64,000 nucleotides of DNA from Marsupella aquatica (GCA_973895155.1 OZ316896.1:13310549-13374548); one strand, 5' to 3'; positions 39,815 through 53,200 are shown, counted from the first letter of the stretch. The notes: a model not told the origin generated them from the letters alone. Numbers and translations: made by a program.

Positions 39815-42276
39815 CCCCCCCACACACACAAAAAAAGGGAAAAAAAGATCAACCCAATTCAAAAATCCATCCCTAATATTAAGGGTTTTGTACCCTCATA
39901 TACCACAAGAAATTTATCATATAATTATAGTGTCAAGTATATATATCCATGTGTACCAATTGAGTGATGCCACACGCCCCAATTATAATTATAAGCTGAC
40001 ATGTGTCATGTACATGGATGACATTTGAAGACCCCTAACTTATCCTAACACCTTCCATGGAATGTCGGTTTTTTTATGAGGGTTGATCATTCTTTAAAGT
40101 TGGGGAAAAAATAAAATATACCTTAAATTGTTTTCCATAAAACTTTGGAAATCTTTTGTCAAAACCATTTAAATGACTCCATGCTTTGTTGCACATGATA
40201 TACCATTTCCATAGATAGATGAAAGTGCAAAGATTAAATTGAGGATTCTAAATGATGTGAATTTTAAAGGTAGTTAGGACAATTTTGTTGAATACAGATA
40301 GGAGTACATTAATGGTAATGCTGAGGGTAATATGGAGAATGTTTCCCTTAGTACCTCTATGTCTATACAATACATGTAACATTCCATATGCTTCAAGCAA
40401 AATATTACTTTATCCATACTAGTGGATAGGCCTTAGAGTCCCTAAGTTGGTATTCCTCTATCCATAGTAGTTATGATGTTTCTTACCATTTGTTTGGTAC
40501 TCCTCTAATATCCATAGTAGCAAGTTACTTTGGTAAATGTAAGAGAAGTTGAAAAGTTTATTGGGTTTCTTACATGTTGCCTTGGTAAATGTTAGAGTAG
40601 TAAGTTGAAGAGTTTCTTTCTACTTGTCATTATTTCAAAAATGTGTAAATTAAATAGAAATTTGAAACATATCACCAGAAAACATTGATATATCATCACA
40701 ACTCATCCAAATATTATTTTCTTTCACCCCTATTTTACATTTTTCTTTGTTTACTTGAAATGTTGTTTTTCAATTTTCCATTGTTTTTACAGTATCAGGG
40801 TCTAATTGTTTTTCTTTGCCTTGCCTCAAACACAAACAGTCAAATTTGGCTCTTCTTCCCGCTCTTCTTGCATAACCTAGATTCTTGTTTGTGACTAATC
40901 ATGCTTATATGGCTGCAAGTGGATCCGGGAATTTTGAAAATAATTTCCCATGGGGGTCCATAATTAATTTGTGGTCAAACTACTATGCTCAGACACTCCA
41001 ATTTTGTGGCTCATAGTTCTTTTGAGTCTTTAGCTCACGTTTGTTCAATCAGAAATGCTCCTGATTCCTAGAGATGGATGGGTAGTGGTAAATACTACAG
41101 CAAACCAGCTCATTCAAAAAAATTTCTCCCATTTATTCCCTTGCCAGCCAAAAAACTCTTGATGTCCGAGTACAGTTTTAAATTTTCTTTTCCAGACTGC
41201 CAGCCAAAGGACACTTTTTGTTTTGCCTCACAAAAATTAATTGAATTTCATTCAAAAATCAAGCATACAACATGGATGACTCGGGATCGGCACCCAGGTG
41301 CCCAACAACCAGAGAGTACACTCGATGTCTGAAATACAGTTTAGATAATGTTTGTTTATTTCTCTACAATGGACATGTCTGTGTACATTGTAAATTCTTC
41401 CAGAGACTGAGAGTTGGTGGTAAATTAAACAAAAAAACAAAAAATGAAGCATGTTCCGGATGAGCATGCTATAATATAGAGCAAACCAGAAACTCCATGC
41501 TCATTCAATTTTTTGTCCCCCCCTTCTTTTCTTGCCAGCCAACAAACCACTTGATGTCCCAAATACAGTTCTAATTTTTGTGTTCTAAAATGGAGGCGTC
41601 ACTCTGTATATATTGTAAATGTTAGAGCAGAACTGACGAATGGTTTATGGACCTGGGAAGGAGAAGGAGCTGGAAAGAAACGAATGTCCAGTGAACTCAA
41701 TTCAAACAGAATTTTACTGGAAATTCATTCTCTGGTATTCTCTGAGCTTTCGCTTCCTGTTTGATCGAGTTGACGAGCTGGATACTTACTGCTGCTGGAA
41801 GTGTGATGATCGAGCCGACATTAGAAGAACCGCTCCGTCTCACATGTCGTCGATCAATGCCGTGGTTGTGGAGGAATGGGATGAGGTCAGAGGAATCCGA
41901 AATTGGAGAAGCTATGGAGCAGGGGCTGGCTGTGAGCTCTGTCCTGAGTTTTGGAGTCACCTCAAAGCGGAAGTTGAATGCGGCACCATTGAGGTTTCTG
42001 GATTGCAAGGAATAAGAGTGGAATGGCTGTTGGTGCCCGGTGATTTCTCTGCCATCCTCACAGTTACGTATAGCTTCTCCGCTGACCACTGCTGCGCCTA
42101 AATTCTGCAATGCATGTTGGACCTCTTCCGTGGAGCTCGTCTGCGATCCAATACAAACCGATACCATGGCTGATTTTCCTCCGAGACGTAGCTACGTAGC
42201 TGAGATTGAGTATCTATGCAGCTGGAGCGCAGAATCCGGAGAAGATACCTTGACGATGAAATTCATTCCGCCAAAA

Positions 42277-42996
42277 TGGTCAGCTCCCGGTTTAACCTGA
42301 CGGGCAAGTTGACGGCTTGCCGGGCACGTCAAACTGTCAAATGACGGCTCGAAAATGACCAATTTGACGGATATTCCACAATATTCTCCCGAACTCACCC
42401 GGACTCCCCCGGACCCTTCCCGGACTCCTCCCGAACTCACCCGGACCCTTCCCGGACTCCCCCAGACCCGAACCCGGACTCCCCCGGACCCCGGTTCGGG
42501 GTGGCAGCCAGCCGGGGCCGGGTCTGGGGTCGGGGCTGGGGGAAGGAGGGCGGGGTTTAGAGTCCCGGACTCCCCCGGACCCGAACCCGGACCCTTCCCG
42601 AACTCCCCCGAACTCCCCCGACCCTCCCCCGAAACTCCCCCGAAACTCCCCCGACCCTCCCCCGAACTCCCCCGAAACTCCCCCGAAACACCCCCGACCC
42701 TCCCCCGAACTCCCCCGACCTACCCTGAACTCCCGGTCCCCCGAACCTTGCCCAAACTCCCCCGAACCCGGCCCAGACTCCCCCGAACCCGAACTCCCCC
42801 TCGCCTGAACTCCCCCGAACTCCCCCGACCTCCCCCAAACCTCGCCCGAACTCGGCCCGAATGTCTCCCGAACTTGTCCCGGCCCGGACTGCTCCCGAAC
42901 CCGGGTGCCGGGTTACCGATTTGCCGACGATTTTTGGCCAGTTTGACGGGCAAGGTCAAACCGGGGGTCAGCTACTGCAGAGTACGAATCCCGTAG
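42277..42996. repeat. GC-rich, strongly C-skewed foldback/MITE-like element built of CCCCGAACT / CCCGGACT units
   Basis: Dozens of 9-11-bp units at 42385-42900, a G-rich inverted patch at about 42495-42560, and imperfect terminal inverted similarity (cccggtttaacct..cgtcaaactg vs cagtttgacg..aggtcaaaccggg). Confidence 0.7.
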
Positions 42997-44524
42997 ATCA
43001 GGCGACAGTTTTCACGTGGCGCTCATACAATTGGAGGTCACACATTCCGACCGCGTGCTATGCATTTGATGGCATCGTGCGACATTCTCTGTCACCGAAA
43101 GACTATTTTAATTCTGAGAGCCCTACAGAGAGTACTCAGAAGGAGCAGACACACATGAGAACGCGGAAAGCCGGAAACGTTTCTTTCACGAAGCACTGAA
43201 GCAGCAAAGGAAAATGATCGTCAATTGGTGGTTGAGGTGGCAATTTCGAGGCGGTTTTGGGTTGACCTGGATCACCTCAATAATACAATAATAATTAGGA
43301 TTCGGGGCGTGAAAGAAACAACGATCTGCTCTAATTAAAGAGGCTCGGATAACCACGGATGGACATGTGTGATGTGTGTGAACTCAACGGTATGGCGGCC
43401 CGGACCCGCCACCGAGCCGCAAGCGATCTTTGACTACTGATCTTCTACAAATCTACCACTGTAGCAGCCGGCGAAAAAGGAGGGGAGAGGCCGCGAGTAA
43501 ACGGAGAAGCGGAGCCAACGGACAGTTTCCTAGAGTTTGGAGTACGTTTTTGTTTGCCTTTGAAAAGATTTCATGAATCGATCCCATTCATCGGGCAGTT
43601 CGAATTACCTTTGGACGTTCCGGAGAGGCCAAGACACAAATTTGGTCGTGCCCTTTCCACCATGGGTTGTACCATCGGAATTTAAGGGGATGTAGTGATC
43701 CGTTTTCGGTTTTTGAGATGCAGTAGTACACTGAACCACCGCTCTTCGCCGTGTGTTTTCCACCGACTGGTAAAGTTGTGACAGCGAAAAGAGTGTGTCG
43801 GCTCAGTAAGATGCGGAGTAGCTTCTAGTACGTGGCAACGCGCTTGACATTGGAGGTTCCATGTGGGCAGAACTCACTCTGGCCTTTTAAGGTCCACGAT
43901 TGTTCTCAGGCTTCTGAGTTCGGATGAGTTGTGGCGGGCTACTTGTCTTTTGCTTTCGATTGTCGCGGGCTTGGGCGTTCTTTGCCTTGAAACATTTCAG
44001 TCAATTGTCTCGGGCTTGGAATTGATCATCGGCAGGTGAATACTGCAGACTTAGGACTTGATCAGTGACATGTGCATCGACCATAGACTTTGTCACTGCA
44101 TTTTGATAGTGATCCTCAGTTACTCCCAACGAACGACCTCGCTTGCTGATCTTGTGGTACTTCCCAACCCCTTTGCGCTAGGCGAATAGCCTCCCTCAAT
44201 GTTGGCTTAAACGCCAGCAGGACGGCAAGACCTGAGCTCTCAGTTAAATACAGTTTTCCAATCTGCATCAGGTCCTTCAAACAAGCAAATTGTGGCAGGC
44301 GTAAAGTAGTCAGCTCACGACCTTTCGCTTGAAGACTCTTTCCCCGCAAGTGGTCAGTTCCGGGGAATGTTCATGTTCTGCGCTCTCCTGGCGTGCGGAT
44401 ACCGTGGTGAGATGTATTTACGGCTTCGGCGCAACTCCTGGCAGTGTATGTGGGATTGAGCGGATTTAAGGGGACCGGCAAGCATTTTTGTGTTCCATCG
44501 CTGACGGCCTCGGTAGATGCAAGC

Positions 44525-46062
44525 ATGGGCAACCAAGGGGATTCCTTCCAGGATGAGGAAATCGTGCTTTTGGTCGTTGGAGACAATACCGAAAGAAAAT
44601 CTCAGGTTGCAGACCTGATTGTAGCCGGTGAAGGGGCTGGAAACCCTCAAACAACCAAAGCCGGGGTTCGAATTTTGACCCGTACGTCCCGTACGATTGG
44701 AGTTATCGATCGGGTTATCGATACCAATGTGTTCCCAAATGTTGGCGAAGCATCTATACAACAACAGAGCGACAGGCAGCAGATTGCAAGGCAGTGGATC
44801 TCGCAGAATTCACTACGACGACTTTTGTTGGGCAAAAAATTATCTGTGGTATGTGTCGTTTCAAGCTCAGTAGACTGTGAGATTTCTGAAGTAGCATACA
44901 AGAAGAAATTTGCGTGGCTGGAGATCCTGGGCGTGATGTTCCAAGAGCACAAACACGCGATTCGGATATTGGTCGACACCCGGAAAATTGATGGAGATAA
45001 GCTGGCATCTGCGAAGCCACATATCAGCAGTAGCTTGAACCAGCATGGGTTCATGAACCCCATCTATTTGGACTTGAGCACGGGAGGAAAGGCTACGGAA
45101 TCGCAATTATTTGATCTGCAAAGTCTATTTCTTCAAAGTAACTTGGTGCAATCAATTCATGGAGATACTGTATACTGCGGAGACGGAAGCGGCTCAAGTG
45201 AAGAAATAGATACGGGCGAGGCGAGTGGATTTATTTTAGAGGAGCCTGCTATTCCCAAGAACCCTACGTCTCCTACAAGCACACCTTGGGGCCCCGAAAG
45301 GGTGATTCTGTTTGGAAGGACTGGTTCTGGCAAATCTACTCTTGCTCAAATGCTTACGAAGGGAGAGCTTGAACCTAATTCCGAAAAATTCTCAGCCAGT
45401 TCCGGCATCAGAGGTGAAACGAAGAAGGTCTCTTATGGGCAAGGGAGAGGATGGTATGTAGTTGACACTCCAGGATTTGGAGAGCCGAATCGTGGGCAGA
45501 GCACCGTACCCACACAAGTAGCAGAAGATCGGATCAAGAAGTTTGTGAAGACGATAGATGGACTTTTCACACACTTTTATTTGTGGTCAAGAAAGATCGA
45601 ATCGATGAGCTCGAGGTTAGGTTATGGAGGTTCTTCGTATGTCTATTTGGCAATGACATCAACGATCATTTCAGCATCGTCATAAGCAATGCGGATGATG
45701 AGTGGGTGAAAGACAATCTCACGCATTTGAGCGAGATCTTTACGGGCTGCCAGAGTTTTCTTTGTGCGGAATTCCCATCATCCCAATCCGGCGATGAGGA
45801 GTGGGAAGATGAGTTGAAACAGATTCGAATGGAGTCTTTGGCACGGATGGAGAACGCTCTTGCAGACCTATCTAGAAAAGATGTCGTTTGTCAATTTGGA
45901 GACCTTTCGAAGACGGCTATTATGAATCGAAGAAGGCCATATCAAAGGCATAGGATTGGAGATATATGCCAAAATGCTGGAATTTTGCTATCGAGCCTGT
46001 GCTCGCCTTCATTGACGGAAAGTTTGAGAGTAGACCAAAACATAGTTCTTTTGCCTTCTTAA
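44525..46062 (+). pseudogene. Intronless tandem P-loop protein: degenerate GTPase-like domain plus AIG1/GIMAP-like GTPase, split by a 1-bp frameshift (or assembly error)
   Basis: C-terminal domain: VILFGRTGSGKST (G1), GET (G2), VVDTPGF (G3), then in the next frame VVKKDRID...LFG...FSIVISNAD (G4-like). Adding one T to the T-run at 45575-45578 joins the frames as THFLFVVKKDR and gives about 512 aa. Confidence 0.8.
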
Positions 46063-46499
46063 GCTAGAAAATCCACCCTTAAATGTCAAGAGTTACTCCA
46101 TGGGTGGTGGAAGTTTGTAAACGCCTTCGATGTATATTCCAAGATGCACCAATATTCGTGATGAGAGTGCGGACGACTTCGCTGACGGAAGCCTAAGAAA
46201 AGTAGATCGAAACAAAATCGGTTTTGTCGTCTTCAAGCTAGAGAAATCACTCCTTTCGTGTCAATTGGTACTCGAATGGGCGGTGCATCATGGTTCACCT
46301 AGATTCTCATATTATGTGGTTACGTCGTGCTATTGTGCGCTCAACGTGTATAGAGTGGCTTGAGCGATTGGTTTAGCACAGTAGCTTTCTCCCTAGTTGA
46401 GACATAATTATGTTCTCTTCGGTACTTCTTTCACGCAATCAGTCGGGCTCCCTTCCATGACCTTCTGCACATCGCTGGAATGGTGGTGGGAGCGGTGGT

Positions 46500-46890
46500 G
46501 GGAGCGCGATCAAAACGAGAGAAGATACATGTTTCATTGCTGGTCTCGCCCCATCAATAATGGGTAAGAACCGTTACTTTGAAATTTTCCAGCATGTCAT
46601 TCAATGAAAGGACATTCTATTCATTTCTTCATGTGCACCGCGTGGAAACGAGAGAGGACACAGATTTCATTGCTGCCCATCAATGCTGGGTAAGAACATT
46701 TCTTTAATTTTCTTCAACATGTCATTCAATGAAAGGACATTCTATTCATTTCTTGATGTGCACCGCGATTAAAACGAGAGAAGAGACACATTTCATTTCT
46801 GGTCTCGCCCCATCAACGTGGGTTAGAACATTTCTTTAATTCGAGAGAAGAGACAGATTTCATGTCTGGTCTCCCATCAATGTGGTTAAG
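46500..46890. repeat. Degenerate repeats of about 125 bp
   Basis: catgtcattcaatgaaaggacattctattcatttctt occurs twice; cccatcaa...ggg(t)aagaac and cgagagaaga recur. Confidence 0.65.
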
Positions 46891-47096
46891 TCCATTTGTT
46901 TTATTTCCATCAACATGTCATACAATAACTGCAGATTCTTACTCATTAAATTTCTTATTAAGTTCGATTGTTTCATTTGGACATGGAACATTATGTGTGA
47001 AGACATACATGGAACAGTACCTAGCATTTTTAATGCCATGCTACAATCGATCACAACTAAGAGCATTCCCAGCAGGGAATGTCCAGCGGCCAGCAG

Positions 47097-47302
47097 GGAC
47101 CTTAGTGAAAGGAGCTTGCTAAATCTCGTTATTTATCCACACCTGACCTTAGTGAAAGGAGCTTGCTAAAGCTCGTTTTTTTATCCACATATGACCTTAG
47201 TGAAAGGAGGTTGCTAAAGCTCGTTTTTTGAGCCACACCTGACCTTAGTGAAAGGAGCTTGCTAAAGCTTGTTGCTGAAGCTGCCGGGACCTTAGTGAAA
47301 GG
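47097..47302. repeat. About 48-bp minisatellite, 5 copies
   Basis: gaccttagtgaaaggagcttgctaaagctcgtt units. Confidence 0.88.
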
Positions 47303-47576
47303 ATAATTCAAATAGGCATGTGTTAAGATGAACATGCTAGAATATGAAAGGAGCATGCTACAGCTCCTTTTGTCCACACCTTTGACAAAAAACTCTGAAG
47401 TTACCTCCGGTGAGCCAGAACTGACTAGTGGAGGCATGCAGTAGTGGCCCTTCCAGCCTCATTAAACAGAACCAGAGGCACTGATCATCCCATCTCAACA
47501 TGCAGATGGCCTTCCAATTATATCATCAAGATCGAATGCTACTCTTCATGGCCTTCTTTGGACAGTGACTTTGGAG

Positions 47577-47778
47577 GAGTAACTGAAATTGGGGGTGCAA
47601 GTGGAAAATGGAGATTGGTGGCAAAATGAGTCTCTGAAAATGACCTGGGAAGAGTAACTGCAGTTGGAAAATGGGGATTGGGGGCAAAATGAGTCTCTGA
47701 AAATGACTTAGGCCGAGTAACTGAAGTTGGGGGTGCAAGTGGAAAATGGAGATTGGGGTGGAATAAGTCTCTGAAAAC
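47577..47778. repeat. About 65-bp degenerate repeat, 3 copies
   Basis: gagtaactg...ggaaaatgg.gattgg...gagtctctgaaaa units. Confidence 0.75.
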
Positions 47779-50249
47779 AGCATAGCGGGCCTAGCTTGAC
47801 TGTACTCACCTTGTTACACTCGGCTGGTATTGAAAACAAACAATGGATGGCAGAACAAAGCATGGACTGCAGGAGTGATCCCCAATTCTGTGCACTGTGC
47901 TTGTTGTCTGCTCAAGTTTCACAATGGGTGTGCCTTCATTCCAGGTGCGAACAGCCACTGAACGGCCAATCCCCTGCTACTCGTCTCGCCAACGAGCTCG
48001 AGAATGGGTTGCTGAGTAGTGCAACCTTTCCAAGCAAGGTACCAATGTTCCAATTAGGAATACTCCACACCTTGGTGTTCACACTCGATGGTTCTTCTTT
48101 GGAGTTTTCTTTGTTTTCAATGAGATCAAAATTATATAATCTTCTTTTGAGTCCTTCCCTCTATTGGAATTAATTGATAAAAATGTTTAAAATATTGCAT
48201 GACTCATCTAGTGATAAAAATGTTTAAAATATTGCATGACTCAATCTACTGTAGGTGAGCATGAATTGGGCATATGCCAAAGGATGAGTCAATCTAGGTA
48301 AACATTACGCATATCCCAAGTTTGGCAGACAACTAACAACTGCAAAACCAATTCTACAGTTCAGCCTCAAAAGTGACTTTTATAAAATTGCCACCTGTTT
48401 CGGTTAGATATCACAACCTGCCACACCCCCCCCCCCCCCCCCCCCCCTTTTTCAGTTTAGTTATTGCTATGCCATCTTTTTCTATCACGAGGTAAGACGT
48501 CTAACAAGGCTTCATGGCAGAGGATCCGATTAGGCTGCCACGTCGCACGGCTGCCACGTCGCACAGTCCAACAGCTACAAGTGCACTCAGGACAGACCTA
48601 GTTACCACTCTCATTCCTCCCTAGGGGCAGGGTTCCACTCACCCTTGGGGTTTCACCTCTGTGTTCATTGCTAGCCTCTGTCTCCCACACCAATTTTTTC
48701 CGGCCCTCGTAGCCGTGCTCTTGCACCGATTCGAGTTCCCGGGTCCTCATGGGGGGTGACAACAAAAAACTGTAGGAACCACGTGTAAATGTAATTCGAT
48801 CTGTCTTGAGTAATATTTGCAAAAACATCTAAAACCATAGAAATTTAAAGAAGGTAATCTACATTCATATATATTAAAATTAATTTTTACAAAATAAAGG
48901 TAAGTATCAAAAATGAAAATGAATAATATTACTCGAGATTCTAAATCGGGGGAACGGAATCATACTAGTTAAAACTAAAAACAGTGACAATCTCCTACTT
49001 AAACTTAGTTTTTCAAAATGCAATCCAAATTTCTTGATCCTTAAAGACTACTTTATATTATAATTACAATTATACATAAAATCTGTATAGTATTAAGGGC
49101 ATTGGGTCCCCTTTACAAGATGTATGGCGACCTTAGAATAGTCAAGGGGATTGACTGCTTTGGTTATACTTGCATGCAGTGTGTTCAGTTATTATTGGAC
49201 CACATGGACTTTGCTGACTCAATTCCATATAAAATATATACACACTGCATATAATATAAAATATAGAACAATTCCATTCTATCTGCTGCGCTCAAGTTTG
49301 CGCAGAGACTGTACCGCTTATAATGAGAATTTAAATTTTACACGTGGACAGCAATAATCGGGCGAGGACCACAATAACTGAAAACACAATCTTAAAGTAT
49401 TGAATTGGTAGGACTTGAACAAAATAATTTTGATGCTGACATATGCCACCTGATCTGTTCCCACACAATCTAAAATAGGTATTTTTCTCAATCACATTTT
49501 TTTGTACGAGTCAATGTTTTTACTGTACAAGTCGGTAATGAATCAATACAAGACAAAACTGAAGCAATTCCAGAACTAATAAATTATATTGGAAAAGGTG
49601 TTGAACCTGCTATATTGGCATAGGGGTGAATTTATTATACTGGAGAGGTGTTGTATTGGGTTTCTACTTTCTCATGATTGTATTGAATTGTGTTGCTCTC
49701 CTTGCTTGGTCGCTCTGTCCTTTTGGCTCGTTTAGGTCCTTTGTCCCTGGGAATTATCTCCCGGTTGAACCCCTTTAGTTTTTTTTAAGTATGTCTATAT
49801 ATATTGAAATGGTAGAAATCTCAACTATAGGACCGTCCATTACAAGCTACTAACCTGATTACTTTTTTCTTGAACATAATAACATAATAGAGATCAGACA
49901 AGAACACCTTGAAAAAACAAATTACTTTTTTTTTAATCTTTGCCCCCATCTCAGTTTTCTGTATAGATTTTCAGTTATTCCTTTAGAGTAACCGTTAGAG
50001 GCTTCACTCTAGACAACAGGCCTGAGTAGAGTTTGATTGCAATTATGTTTTTATGGATTTGCAAGAAAATGGATTTAATCATATCTAGAGATAATCTAAA
50101 AAATGTCAAGTTTATTATGGGTCTAATTAGAGACTCTTTTAAGTTTTAAGGACCAAGATAGAGTCCAACTTCATACAAAACAAATGACATTTACGGAACC
50201 AATGACAACGAGTCAAACGCTTAGAAAAGCAGCAACTTGGTTTTTTTTA

Positions 50250-53200
50250 TTTAACATCAAATCAAATGAGAAATGACCTGGCTAGTTAGAATAACACATA
50301 CTTTTTACAGAAAAGGGCCAAATAGAGTACAAAAGTATAAACAAGAGAGGTCCCAAGTGGACAAAACCAAACGCAAAAGAAGTGAGCAAAAAACCCCTAA
50401 AAACCAAGAAAGAGTAACTAAAACTACCGCAAATGGACCGAGGTCCTCATCATTCCTAGCAAATGTGGCAAAAAGTTAATGGTCTACATCAAGTGTCGAA
50501 ACTAAATCGGCAAGTGGGATTGGAATGTCCTCTAGGGGGGCTAGCCGCTGTGGAGTCACACTAGCACCCACTGTCAGAGATCGACGATAGATGGCCCGAG
50601 CTTGAGCACGCTGTAAGGTGACTGAAATGCGTTGGCGAAAGTGCGTGGTCAAAACAGATAGCGGGGGTCCAGTGCGACCCATCCGGCCGTGAACATCCCG
50701 AGCAGCTTGGCAAAGAAGCCCGTCGAACTGATGATGGAGACGTCCAAATATCTCTCGGGGGCCTCAATCCAAGGGGTGTCCCATATCACGCTTGAAGTTT
50801 TGGGGGAATAAACACCCTAAAAGTTAAGTCAAGAAAGTTTTTTTTAGGAATTTTGTAACCCCTAACTTAATGGAATATTCCAAGAATATTCCCATATTTG
50901 ATTTTAAAAAACCCTATGATTCTTATAATTCTCAAATTTGGATTAAAATAACCCTAATGTTCTTCAACAAAAATTTAAAAGTATTTCATTAAACCCAATA
51001 AAAAAACCCTATACTTATTCGCATGTGATGGGTCGGAAGAAAAGAAGTGAGGACCCCGGGAAATATCTCAAGAGCAAGGGGCAGGAAGCTATCAGATGAA
51101 GCTCGTGCAGCATATTTGGCCTCCTTCGTTGATGCTGCTCGTGATGCTGCTACCCCTGCCATTGTTGTCGCTGTCCCAATGATGTCTTGGCGCAATGGGT
51201 TTGCCACCACTACATCTGCCAAAGTACGGTGACCCTCATGGACCATGGTAAGATCCACCCATAACCGTTGTGATGGAGGACCAGGTAATTGAGCACCACC
51301 TCCCGTCGTGCGCAGACCAAAGAGCCAGAAAGAACCTGAGCAGTGGTATCTCTCACAGCGTCGCGAACAAAAATGGTTTCGCCGCCCAAACTGCACCGAA
51401 GAAGATGGACACCTGTGGCATCACAAGGCTTCCCACAAGTGCAAGTAGGAGGTAAACCAGCAAGAAGTGGGTGGGGCAAGCCCATACAAAGACGCATGAC
51501 TGTCGCAAACTCCATTGAAGACATCCGTAGGTGAGGAATGACTGGATTGGCCTGAAGCTAGCCTCCTGCGCCCTTCCCTCCGGAAGAAAGAATCCGAGCT
51601 CGGTCCATGTCAGGTGCCTCATTGAGGATGCTGGAGAGGGTGAAAGCGTGCATACGCCCAACAAGGTCTGCCTGAAGATGAACGGGGTCCAAGGATAAAA
51701 ACTCCTGAAATGAAGGTAACGCAGCTCGAACAGGATCTGGTAATGATGACCGCGCCACGCGCAAATGAACCTGAAATGGGAGAGAACCCTCCTCTACCTC
51801 CATGAGAGACGAAAAAAAGGTCGATCCTCAGTAAGGAAACGATTTGCCAACAATGAGAAGGCCGCCCACGCACCCAAAAAGGCCAAAGGTGCAAGGCGCT
51901 CAGTGGAAGTAAGCCCAAAACCACCGTGAGAAATAGGAAGACTGAGCTGTCAATGAAGCCACGGAGATGAGAGAAAAATACCTGGCCCTAAAAGAGAAGC
52001 CAAAGTCTCACGAATGGAGACATCAAACGCTCGGAGGTGTAGATACAATCCTCCGTAGGGGGATGTGTCCGAGCCAAATAGGATGCGCGAGGGTGGATGC
52101 ATCGCAATAACAACCCAAATTCTCCCTGAGAATCTCCTAACTTAGGGAGCATAGGAGTAGGGGCTAAGGTAGCCTGTAGAGCGTCAGCAATGAAAGATGA
52201 GCAAAAGGAGGTGGTACCGACTGGGGAGCCAAGGACCCAAAGACCGTCGTTTGGACGTAAGAACCCAGGGGGAAGCGCAAGATCAGAGGGTAACCCAGCT
52301 GGACTCGATGCACGACTCTTCACCGGCTGAACCCGTAAACCGAGGCCCAACAAATGGGTGGAAAGGGTGGTGAGGGCAGAAGTAACCGCAGCAGGTGGAC
52401 CAATGATGTGGGTGACATCTGAAAGGGAGGGGAAGATACACTCGGGGTGGGCCGCAGAGGCTTCTCGTAAAGCAGTAAAATGGGCAATGGCAAAAAGAGG
52501 CCCACCCAAAGGGTCACCCTGACGTGTACCTTCTACAGAAGAAAGAGTGGTATACACTCCAATAGAGGTGTCATGACTATAGAAGAGGGGGGCCTCGAGT
52601 CCATAAAAACAACGGACAAAGGGGATAAGGGACTGGATGTCTGGATCCGCCGCCCTCAAAGCACGAAAAATTGTTGCCCGAGAAACCGTATTGAAAGCAT
52701 TAGAGACATCAACCTGGAGGACAACCCAATCAGGGTGGAGGTCCAAGGTAGTACGAATACCCGCAATAACTGTCTCACAACTGCCGGGAACGCCCACTGC
52801 AAACTGATGTGGAGAGAGATGATCCGATAGTGCAGAGCGATACTGCGATGAAAGAGTGCGAGACACCAGACGAAGAACAACCTCTCCAATAGCTATGGGC
52901 CGAACACCCGGTGAAGACTTAGCCATGGCCAGTAAACGAGAAGCACTCAAAAGCCGAGAGACGGGAGGAGGCAAACGGCCGACTGCAATACAGTGGCAAA
53001 AGGAGAAGAAAACTGGAAAACCAAACTGAGGATCCTCAAGGGGGAATAAATCATGAAAATGCTCAAAGACATAGCCAGAGGGGCCACCAGCCGCGCAACG
53101 CGGGGCATGGAGGAAGGCATAGGTGAAGTGGTCCCTACTAAACTGAAGATCCTCCTCAGGCTCAAAATCCTCCACGAACAAAGGGAGCTGATCATAGGGC

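Noticed and set aside
41640-42167. 153-aa and 156-aa antiparallel ORFs
   Set aside because: No recognisable motifs; cannot be supported as coding without expression or homology data.
42355-42996. 213-aa Pro-rich extensin-like ORF
   Set aside because: A translation by-product of the C-rich DNA repeat; no signal peptide and no codon-phase conservation of the units.
45570-45590. Programmed -1 ribosomal frameshift in the GTPase
   Set aside because: No canonical X XXY YYZ slippery heptamer and no evident downstream structure; a simple indel is more parsimonious.
48690-48765. tRNA or SINE (gattcgagttccc resembles a B-box)
   Set aside because: No cloverleaf, no convincing A-box and no TSD.
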